Shown: positions 49,001 to 61,000 of the stretch, one piece after another
Numbering within the stretch: the stretch's first letter is position 1
Layout of the letters: each line of letters starts with the position of its first letter
From: Podarcis tiliguerta
Taxonomy: Eukaryota
NCBI GenBank assembly: GCA_965153285.1
Contig: OZ229114.1
Length of the DNA stretch: 64,000 nt
Reading direction: 5' to 3' (one strand)
Notes under the pieces: model-generated
What the model was told of the DNA's origin: nothing
The model's input: the letters and a program-made list of their open reading frames with translations, nothing else
Databases searched by the model: none
Made by a program: the position numbers and the translations under genes

Positions 49001-52000
49001 CCCTAAAAAGGGGATATTTATGACTGGTTGATACTTAAGTCCAAACTACTGCCTCTTTCCAAGTTATGCAATGAAGTGCTTACAACACATAGAACTCAAC
49101 CAGTTAACGAGGCATACAGATTACTGGTGTACACTGTCAGGTGCAGAATACTTGAAATAGTCTCTGCTTGAGGATGCAATGCAGACTGTGAAGAGCACCT
49201 TCTTTGCTATTCACACTACCATATACTAGGCATGATTATGTGCACTAACATAACCAGTGTTCATTCCATTTCATGGTGAGACTTCCACCACTTGCACTCT
49301 AGTTTTCATGCAGCCTGATTCATGGACCACAGCTTCCTAGAATACAAGGGAGTCTATCAGGCTCATCAACACTGGAAAGGACATTCAGCATCAATCATCT
49401 GCAATCTGTTTCTCTGGCTCAACACCAGGAGCAAAGCCTCTAAGCCTGCTGCAACATGAATAAAGTTTTCTGATAAAGGAGATGGAACTCTTCTGACCCT
49501 CCAAGTCTGGCCTGGTGTATAACAAAATCCTCCACTAAAAAGAAAGAAAATGCTCCCAAATAATGCCTGAATCAGCCTTGCAACTAATGCATCATGATAC
49601 ATGCATCAAAGCCAGTATATTCCATCACCAAAAATAAGAGCTGAGAAAAATTATGGTGAAGCAAGAGCTGGTGTTCTTTTAATTTGCATAAATTAAACCA
49701 TTGTGGGGAAAGCTGGATGAAAACTATGCACTTTAAATTTTCTGTTGATTGAATGTCAGTTGTGGAAAGCATGTCAAGCAACAAGTTGTATCTCACCACA
49801 GGAATAAAACTTCAACTGTTCCAAGTAGTCAGCATGCCGTATATAGTACAAAATGTTTGGGGAAAACATTACACGGTATATTTCACTTTAGTTACAACAG
49901 CTGCTTTCTGGTGTGATCCTAATTTTAAGCTATTGGACAGAAAGAAGCGGGAGGAGGTAAAATGAATGTTATTTCACTATTGGGTCACATAAGGTGAAAC
50001 ACATATCTTTGATTCAGAAGTACAGAACAGCATAGGCTGGCAAAGAGGAAATGGAGTAGCTAAAAGAATTATGCTGCATATGATACACTGCCTTCGTGAT
50101 ATCCATTCTCCAACGTATTTATTTACATTTATATACCACCTTTATCTTCCAAGTAACTAAAATGTGGTGTACATGGTTCTCCACCCCATTTCATCTTCCC
50201 AAGCTTGTGAGTTAGGTTAGTCTTAAGAGATAGTGACTGGCCCAAGGTCACCCAGTGAGCTTCATGGCTGCGTAGGAATTCATAGTCCAACACTCTAACC
50301 CAGAGCTTTCCAAACTTTGCATGTCAATGACACACTTTCTAGACATGCATCATTTCACAACACAGTAGTTCAGTTTTACCAACAAACCGGAGGTTAAACT
50401 AGCCGCTTTTCAGTCCCGGGAAGAGCAAAGGGAGCATTAATGCGACACTGCAGCTGACACACTAATCTGTCACAACACAGAGTTTAGAAAGCTTTGCTCT
50501 AACCATTACACCACATCTCAAGGTGTCATCCAGGGGCCATTATTAATATTCTTTTTAATCTGTCAGTCACATGCATGACAAGTGTTAACCCATGTAAAGA
50601 CAATTATGGATGTAAACACATCTACACAAATAAGGACTTTAGATGTCTGAAAACAACCCACACCAGCTACAATCAACACCAGCTTTACACCCAGAACAAT
50701 TTTTGTGCCAGCACTTCCACACCTAGAACACATTACTAAATTGGGTTAAAAGGGTGCAAAGGTTTTACAGATACAATATTAGCAGTGTTCACACACCACA
50801 GTACACTATTGTTAAAGGTTTACTCTGAATGAGCATGTGCTTTGCTCCCCCCCCCCCCCAGCACAGGTTGTTTTGCACCAAGCAAACCATGATTTGAAGC
50901 CAAGGTTTGTTCTTAGCTTACCAATTATGGTCTGAGTGAAATAACCATGTTCGGATGAAATTCTAAACCAGGAAATGTGGTTTGTTGCTCTGGCTTGTAT
51001 CAGGAGGAGAAAGCATGAGCAATCTGGGCCACTGTCAAAGCAGTAAGAAAAATATGTACAGGTGGCATACACACATGCACATATAATATTCTTATAGTAT
51101 GTATGCAGATTATATTTATTAGTTTCACTTGGATACTATATGTATTTGTAACAATAATTATATCTGTGGTTTTTTTTGCTCATTTCTAAAGTATCTAGTC
51201 TTAATTGAGCCTTAATTTGAGATCAAGACATTAGTCACGCATACACCCAGCTCTCTCACTTCCCTCACCTTGGCTGTGTGGCCCTCACAATTAAAATTCA
51301 AATTAAAACTGATTCTTTTGTAGTTTTTTTAAAAACCAATAATAATTCTTTTTAATGAAGCTGATTCAATCTAAAATTACTTTGAGAACCCAGCTTTGAT
51401 TTAGATTCAGAGCAGGGAAGGATTTGCTGCATAGGAATAAGGGATGAGAAGGACACATGCTTCTGAAAAACAAATTCATTCAACTCTGAATTGGGGGGCA
51501 AGCTACCTGCATTTACTTTCTCTCACTCAGACAAAAATCTGCATACAGATAAACATTTAAAGCACATGGAACATTTATAACAAAGAAACAGATTTTGAAG
51601 AAAATGGAGTGTGCTTACAGATGAACAATTCAAATGCTAAGATGTTATAATCTAAACTACTTCAGTGTTCATTTTCTTACCCACCATAAATATATTGTGT
51701 AAGGTGCATTTGCAGCATGCAGAGAAAAACAAAATGTTGGTTATGAAATGGAACAAAAGAAAAAAGTAAATATGAGGAACCCATAATATCTATTCTAAAT
51801 GAAAACTATAAAAACAACACTTTCAAGCTGAGCAACTAACTGACCCAAAGATAAAAGAGAAATTGCTAGCTTTTATAAATGAACAAAGGACTAAAAATAC
51901 TCACAACATCTATGACTTTATAGTAAATTTGCTTCCCTAAACTTGCTTTAACAACATGAATATATGCACATTCTTATCTGAAAATACTCACCTTAGCTTC

Positions 52001-55000
52001 GCATGTTATAGCTGGCATTCCTTGAGGTTTTAATCCAATTATCTGAAATGTAGAAGAATCTCTATAAACTCCTTTTTGTAGGTGAAGGGAATACATTATT
52101 AGTTATGTTGTAAATGTGGAAAAAAGCGAATTATAGCAAGGCTGCAAGGAATTCTCTTTATCAAAAGGTTAATTTTTCTGTGATCCACTTTACAGAAAAG
52201 TTACTGTTCCCAAATTAAGAAGTTTGTATATTCAGAGTTTCAGGGGAAAGGGTAATGAAAGGCAGCTTTTCAAGTTCAACTATGCCAAAGCTGCTTATTT
52301 TCAGTAGGCCCACTCGCAAACACCAAATGTACAAATCCACAAATATTGTCTCCTAATGTGCCTGCTGAAAATAAGCAGCTTTGGCTTGTTGAACACACAT
52401 GCAATGCCCCCTTTCCTCTTTCCTAGCATCACTGCCAATAAGATTTGACAAGAGGCAGAAGTTGGGCTCTGCTGCAATCTCATTAAGGTAATCAACTCAG
52501 TCATAACAGTTTTGTAAGATGTGCAACAAATGTGTGCCTTATCCAACAGCTGTGTTACCTATGCAATGGTTTTTGCACAGAAAAAGAGAGTTCTCAATAA
52601 GGAAGCAAAATCTTAATAAGCAGAGTCTTCAGGATCAGGTACTGCAGAACTGCCCTGTTTTAAAGTACAGCCACAACAGCACTCAGAGGGTTCCACTTCC
52701 ACATGACATTTTGAGCAGCAGCAGTTCATTACTTCAAATTAGGCATGTAACATTAATAGCTGAATCCAGATGGCATATGCAAGAGACATGTCACATAACA
52801 TGCAGTCAACTGCCGAATAATGAAATATTTTAGCTAAAAAGTCTGCAGCAAGAGGTTGCAGTAAGTCAAATCACAGCCCTTATCTTTCTTTCTAGCAAGA
52901 CACATTAAAACGGTTTTGTATAGTTTTGTGACGAACAATTTTGCCCAACTGGCAGATAATCTCTTGCATGACGCAGGTAGGGCCCTTGTTATTAGCAGTA
53001 GCAGTACTGGCATTCAGCCCAGAAATATACTGCTAATAGTTTAGTGCTCTAAAGCACAAAAGTTACATGATTTCTAAGCTCCTGGGGATACAAAGGGAAA
53101 ACAGGACAAAATGCTGCTCCTTTATGCAGTAAAAATGTAATAAAATTAGCCTGAAAGAAATGACACAGGTATGCAATTGCTTTCTCTCCAAATTCAAAAC
53201 TGAGGGTAGCTCCACAGGCATTTCTAACAGCACCTATAAAGCACTCCAACATGGGTATCAGTTAAGAAGCTTGCTGATGCAGGTGTTCCATAGGTGCACT
53301 GGAGTGAACACAGACATGCCTTAAGTGATGCTGCCTGATTGCAAGGCCCAGCTGGTCACTACAAACTATCCTTCCACTTGAAACGCAGTTGCCAGCAGAA
53401 ACATAGGTAAATTTTAGAAAGCTATAAAGAGTCAATATACTTACTCTATTCATTTTTACAATAACACATGGTGTTCCTTTAGCATAACCAAAAGTTGGAT
53501 CTTGTAGTCCAGAGCATGGTCCCAAGTTAGAACGATTAAATTTGCACACTTTTTTTTCAGCATCAGAATCCTGTACAAAGAGTTGTCCTGGAGTACACGG
53601 GATGTTATCCACCTGCTTTGATTCATTATACGCTGGGGGAAACAATTCAATGCATCACATTGCACATTCATTAATTCAATACATATAAAAACTATTGACT
53701 TAACAGCTTCAAAGAATTTGGAGAATGATTTCCAAGCTTTGAAATAAAGTAACACACATTCAATATTCAGTATTCACCCAGACGACTACAACACACATTC
53801 AATAAATACTCTTCCTGAAGTGAAGGAGAGAAAGAACTAATGAAATATAGATTGCTTGAAGTCTACTGGAAAAGTATGATGTGGGGAAACTGGGGCCATG
53901 CGGTTCAGTTAACACTGCTGTAGCATTGCACAGTGGCCTTCAATTTGTTAATAGCTGAAATCCACCTAGAAGCCTAGCTGCAACATGAGAATCAAAAAGT
54001 TTCAAAAGTCCATGCATCTGGAGCTGGAACCTGTTAGCAATCTCAAGGTCATCTTTGCTGAAAACTAGCTCAAAAGGTAGCTGGCACCAAATGGTAACAG
54101 ATGCTACTGGTCTTAATTCATTGCAAAACTGATATCTCCTGCTGGATTTAGAATTTTAAGCTCATTAAAGTCCAAGCATGGTGCAACATGTGCTTTATTA
54201 TCATTGCACTGTTTAAATTTGTGATGATTTGTAAAGAGCTTTGATCTACTCAAAAGAGCAAGAGATCCTCACTGCCCACTCTCCAAGCTCCCACTAGAAT
54301 AAGGGCTACAACTCTAAGGCCTGGTGTGGGCCCATTTGCAGGCCACAAGAAGTGATAGCAGATGTTGGACATGTGCCAAAAACAAGAAGCTCAGTAACTG
54401 CTGGAGGAAAATAAGAGCTTCCCATCCAGAAGCTTTAAACTTGCTCACCCTTAAGGGTCTGACAGATCTGGGGACCAGACAGGTGACAGGAAACACAAAA
54501 CTAAACATACAAGAGCAAACCCCCAATAGAATAAAGTACTAATGTATCAGCAGCAGCTGGCAGAGCAGAGTTGTGATGCTATATAGGTGATGCTATAAAT
54601 CTTCAGCCATTAGGTGGCATTTTCAATCTCAGCTGTTGCTAGGGTAACTTTAAAGTATGTCTTCTTGAAAACTTAAGTTTCATTTGTTATTATTCTTGTT
54701 CCTCTACCTACCTACCAAGTGTATAAAAAGGTAAAGGACCCCTGACAGTTAAGTCCAGTCACGAACGACTCTGGGGTTGCGGTGCTCATCTTGCTTTACT
54801 GGCCGAGGGAGCCGACGTTTGCCTGCAGTTTTTCTAGGTTATGTGGCTAGCATGACTAAGCCGCTTCTGGCAAACCCAGAGCAGTGCACAGAAACACCGT
54901 TTACCTTCCCACCGGAGCGGTACCTATTTATCTACTAGCAATTTGACATACTTTCAAACTGCTAGGTTGGCAGGAGCTGGGACCGAGCAATGGGAGCTCA

Positions 55001-58000
55001 CCCCGTTGCAGGGATTCGAACCGCTGATCTTCCGACTGGCAAGCCCTAGGCTCAGTGGTTTAGACCACAGTGCCACCCACGTCCCTACCGAGTAAATAAC
55101 TGAATGCAATTATAGATCTGATATTAAAATTTGAGACTCAGGGGAAATATTACTTTACGAAAACACAAAACACACAATAAAAAGAACATAATAAAACAAT
55201 ATCCATTTGTTCTTCTAAAACAGGCGTGGCTAACCTTTTTTGGCCCAAGGAATGTATCAACTATCAGCACCCCCCTCCCAAAAGCCATACATCAGCAGTG
55301 GGCACGGCCAATGTTTATGTGCACATGCTCTTATACACCAACACACAAAATCAGCATTTCCAGTCCTCCCTATTTCAGCACTAAGGTGGAGGTAGCTGAA
55401 AATGCTGCCTTTTACTTTTGAAGACCAGGCAAATTTTCTTACTGATCTTAGTGCTTTGGTGTTTAATGTTAAGAACTGAGATAAAAGATTCCTCTGTCTT
55501 ACACATTCATATGCTAAAACATATATTGCAGCTGCAAGAAGAATATGCTTAAGCATCCACTGATACATCTAGTGGCATTCAAAAACGCCTGCTTTGTTTT
55601 ATATATAGTGAGCTATCTGTAGTCTTAAAACAGGATTGTCATGAAGTATACTTGTAAATTTTTCATGATTTTATAGTTTTATCTTTTGAGATAAACCTTT
55701 TTAAAAAATCAATTGTGGTGCCTGACAAAGGTACAGATTTCAGCTTCAAAGCCATTGCTATACCAGGTATTTCAGGGCACACAAAATGGAAGTTGCCAAT
55801 AAAAGTCTCCAATACAATACCAGAAATGAGGCTTTTCGTGTACGTTCCAATGAAGTTCTAGAATTTAGCAGTTTTCTTTTTACAGCTTAACTGCAGTGTT
55901 TCTAAGTGCCTATACAAATTTGATGGTTTCCAACTTAGTTGCTACTCTTTCAGCATGTGTCACACACTGTGTTATTGGCAAGTTACTTTTCTCAGTACAA
56001 ATAAGACCATATTTAATACAACAATGGTTAAACTTGCAGACAGACTTACTAGTTGTTCTTTTTTACTTTCTGGGATATCTCCCTGCAGTGAAGATTGTAT
56101 TTCATACTGAATAAAGGCATGTCAACAGTACATTCAAGTCTGCATTGTTTTTATCAAAAAAAAAGCATCCACGCTTGCTGCAATCTCCTCTTTCATTCAT
56201 CTTTCCTTCCACTGTAGCTTGCCTTCGCTTTCTCAGTCACCTTCTCTTACTTTCAGCTCCTCTCTCGTTTGCCTTCTATTCATTTCTCCTCTCACTTTCC
56301 TCCTGTCATCGCCTCTGCCACCTTCGTTCACCTTTCTCTGTCTCTTATGCTCTGTCTGTCAACTCACTTTTCACCTTCTGTCACCTTTATTTGCCCCCCT
56401 TCTTTCTACTCTCACCTGCAATATGTAAAACAATAAATATGAGCATGCCTAAGCATGGGAAGCAGAGCACAGCTACTTAACACCATCTCTTTACTTAAGT
56501 TCCCAACCATCAGATTTCTAGTTTTGATGCTGGGCAGTTCCACCACTTTCATCCATTCCTGTGTCCCCAGTGCTGCAAAATTAAGGCTGCAACTCTATGC
56601 ACACTTACATTAAAGCAACGAACAAGTGGGTTTACTGCAGAATAAATATGCATAGGCTTGCACTAAGAAAATCCAATCTAACAAGAGTTATGGTGGAGGG
56701 TGTACCTTGTGTAAACAGGTTCTTGGCTAAACTAAGGAATCAAGTGCACACTTGAACCGGTACAGCACATCCATACCCCAATATAACCTGCTCCAGGAAA
56801 GGCCAAACCAATTTTGTTCCCTTTCATCAGCAAGGGCAGTTACAGTCATACCTCGGGTTGAATATGCTTTGGGATGAGCACGTTGAGTGGCGCTCTGCGG
56901 CAACCCAGAAGTAACGGGTTTCGCTGCTTGCGCATGTGCAGACCTCAAAATGACGTCACACGCATGCACAGAAGCGTCAAAACGTGACACGCGCAGACGC
57001 GGGTTACGTTTGCTTCTAGATGCGAACAGGGCTCCGAAATGGATCCCGTTCGCATCTAGAGGTACCACTACACTATCTAGAGGTACCACTATAGGTGCCA
57101 CTATATTCTTATTCCTTCTTTCCTTTCTTTTAAATATATATTTTATACACATACTTTATTTTGATTTTGGCTATAATCAAGTTACAAAAAACATATAAAG
57201 CAATCACATTTTTATAAAACCAGGACCTAGAAAACAAATCATCTCAACAGTTCATTCATTAATTAAATAATTAATGTCTTACCAATTTAATCTAATCAAA
57301 CCCAACCAACTACTTATTACAGTCATGACAAATTGTATTACCCTTCTTTCTACAACTCTAATGTCATGCATTTACCTAGGAGAAGCAATCTTATTGTGAA
57401 TCCTGCAAAACCTGGTCCTTGCTTCTCAAGTCTGTACTCTGTTTCCATGCTGGCAACAAACAGGAATCCCTCTACCTTGTTCCTCTACCTCCTCCACAGC
57501 CAGTAAGGAAACACAGGATATTAGCAGACTAGTAAAGAACTGAAGGTTCATAATGTTTGTGGGATTATTCACAAGATTCCATTAAATAAACTTTACCAAG
57601 AAACTTTACCCATTTCTTCGCAGCCTACAATTATCAGTTACAATGTCAGTTACAGATGGAGTCACAAAGGGTAGCACACTGGTGTTTATGTGCATGTAGC
57701 AGTTCAAGGCAGAATTTCAGTCTGAACTCGTCTGAATACTGTTAAAAATATTCCTGTGGAAAACATGCCATTTCATCATGAAGTCTGCAACTGTGGATAA
57801 TTTGCTTCTGCTTGCTGTGAATGGGTGATAGACAAGGTACAGTTGCAATTTGCCAATCTTCCCTCCTCTCAGCTACCCAAATGCACTGCTACAAGTATCC
57901 CAGATGCCCACTTATAAACTGTAGCTGGCAGTGTGGAGTGTCCTGCAACTTTCTATCCAAGAATACAGCAGAGAAAACCACACCAGTTTCAGATGCAATT

Positions 58001-61000
58001 CCCTGACTCCCTTCCCTGTCTAGAAGGACCAGTAGTCCTAGATCCGGCTTCCAAAGCACTGGCGGCTTTGCCAAATATTAACTATCCAAGAATACAATAT
58101 TACTCTATCCAAGAATACAGCAGAGAAAACCACACCAGTTTCAGATGCAATTCCCTGACTCCCTTCCCTGTCTAGAAGGACCAGTAGTCCTAGATCCGGC
58201 TTCCAAAGCACTGGCGGCTTTGCCAAATATTAACTATCCAAGAATACAATATTACTCTATCCAAGAATACAGCAGAGAAAACCACACCAGTTTCAGATGC
58301 AATTCCCTGACTCCCTTCCCTGTCTAGAAGGACCAGTAGTCCTAGATCCGGCTTCCAAAGCACTGGCGGCTTTGCCAAATATTAACTATCCAAGAATACA
58401 ATATTACTCTATCCAAGAATACAGCAGAGAAAACCACACCAGTTTCAGATGCAATTCCCTGACTCCCTTCCCTGTCTAGAAGGACCAGTAGTCCTAGATC
58501 CGGCTTCCAAAGCACTGGCGGCTTTGCCAAATATTAACTAGGGTGTGTTACGTCTGCTCAATTTCATTTATAATGGAAGGCAGAAATCAGTCTTGCATGT
58601 GTTCTCTCATATAAATACAATTGCACATGGAATGGCATGCATTCTGGAAATGCAACAAGAACACTGTTGGCCTGCCCCTTGCAGAGATTTTTCAAAGTAT
58701 GTTTGCTCCTTAGCTTTCCACGAGTCAGTAACCTCATAGCACAGGGCATACATTTCATACATAGAAACAATGCCAACATTATAACCATGTATGGCAGGGG
58801 GTTGGACTGTTCTAGCCCACAGATTAGTACTTGGAGGGTGGCCATTTAGATCACAAATGACGCCCCCAAGTGCTATCCATGTAGCAAATGTGCTGCTTTT
58901 TTGGCATGCTTTTCACCCAAGGCATACTTCTATGGCAGTTAATGGCAGAAGAAAGCTTGTTGATGCTAGATGGCAGAACTAGGCACTGTACTAATTTAAG
59001 ACAGAAGGTCCAGCCCAGTGGCTTTCAACCCAAGTAGCATACAAATATCTCCAGCTTCCAAAGTAGACTGCAATGACACAGGTTTATTACATGCTAAAAT
59101 GGTTGGGATTATACAGCCTTGTATTATTTGAATACATAGTTGTACATTTTTCCTCCAAGGTTCCCAAGTATGGTTTACAATGCAGTGTTAGCCCTCTGGC
59201 TTTAGGAGATTTCTCACTGCTCCTGAACACCTTTGCAGCCCAGTCTCTTTCACCAGAAGGACCCTGGACAATCATACAAGAACCTTTTCACATCCACTAG
59301 TGACACACTGCCTCATGGCACCTCAGTCTCCTGGTATGGAATATGCTCCCATTTCCCTTCAACATACAGCAGGCAGCATTCTCTACCAGTTGACATTTAT
59401 GGAATATTTTCAAGACCAGTCTCATGGCGACTGCAGCAGTGACCATTCTTGAGCATCTACAGAGGTGTGACTGATGGCAACTAGGTCTCCACTCTCAAAG
59501 AAAGATGGCAGCATATGTAGGCAAGAAATAAGCCACCAACACAATTTTCTAAAAGTTGGGTAAGGCTTAGAACCTTCAATAAGAAATTATTAATGCAGAA
59601 TAGAAGCTGACTTGGCACAGAATCCATTTTTCTTTTTAGCACAGAGTATACACCGTTTATGACATGTTTCAATTAAATACAGAGGATGTGCCTACTGACT
59701 TTCAGAAGACTTGCTGTTCAGATTGCCAGTAGTTCTCAAAACTTTGAACAAATTTATCTCACTTTTTATACACAATAATAATTTAATTTTTTTAAAAAGT
59801 TCCAAGGGGGGGAAATACAATGACCTGTTCACATTCTAGACCTAACAGATGGAAGGGAGCTACTTTTCATTCCTCTTAATATTTTAAATAAGTTGCTTGC
59901 AAAATATATTTATACATACCTCCTAAAAATTCGTGAAGTTTTGTCACATAAGCAGTGTAACTTGCTGACTTATTTTTGCTCAGGAAAAATTCCAGTGCAG
60001 TATCTGGCTTTGGTGAAATCATTAGCCCTACAAAAAGAAAAGAGGGGGGAAAAAGAAAACCAAAGCTAGCTGCTAATTCATAACACATCTCAGAAAGAAT
60101 TATACTGACACATAAATCCCTCCCCAAAATGTATTTATCTGGACTTTATAGAGATCATGGAGGAATGACCTGTTCACCTCTATTGTACATAATGATCTGA
60201 AAGTAATTACAGTATTTAGGTCAATTTTAGAAAACGTATCCCTCAATACTCAAATGATTTAAATGGCAGCATTATAGTTTTACTGATTCGAGATTACATT
60301 TCACTTTTACATTTAAGGTGTGTCTTTTTTATGCAGGTGATAACAGAGCAATCCAAGAAACAATAACTTCAATCAAATCAACTCCCCGAAGCCAGTGATA
60401 GTGAGGCCCACAGAACACCAATGCTGCATTCGTGTACTCAGACACTGAAATTGAAGGCCTAGCCACACTAAGCATTAGCCTGTATCTTACTCTGTTTCAA
60501 ACTTGTTTGCATGTATTGTTTAATGGAGGGCTAATGCAAGTTGAGTCAAGATTTCAACATTGGGTTTAGCTGTCCAGTCTACATACCACGCTGTGTAAAA
60601 ATTTCTAGTCCTGCTTACCCTCACTAATCACTTTCGGTGGTCTGATGCCACCTTATATCACCCTAGGAAATTAAGGCACATGAGAAATGTTAAAGAAATA
60701 GACAAGTGGGGCCCCATAACAAAATGGTGTGTGGGATGTGTGTATCTGAGTCTGTAGCTAAAGGGCTTCAAGAAACACTGAAGGCAGCGGCCCCTGCTTA
60801 GCTTGGGTCTTACCTCACGTGTAATTTTAAAAAAAACATTTAGAAAGTACAACCAGTCTGCATAGAAGTAAACAGAGGGTGAGGCTTCTCCACACAACTA
60901 ATGCTTTTGTTTCCCTGGGCAGAGGTCCGAGGGAGCAACTTAAGTAACCCCACCTTTGGCATGCGATAATAGTAGACTGCATTGCAGTGCTGCTGTACAC

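Noticed and set aside
56145-56480. Leu/Ser/Phe-rich 111-aa 'membrane protein' ORF on the + strand
   Set aside because: A compositional artefact of the pyrimidine-rich strand, antisense to the ATP1B3 intron.
56727-57198. Overlapping 141-aa and 103-aa ORFs
   Set aside because: They run through a GC-rich non-autonomous MITE and show no transposase motifs.
57889-58530. Repeated 60-63 aa ORFs on both strands; CRISPR-like periodicity
   Set aside because: These are by-products of the 152-bp tandem array. The linkers are identical rather than unique spacers, there are no cas genes, and the site is a vertebrate intron.
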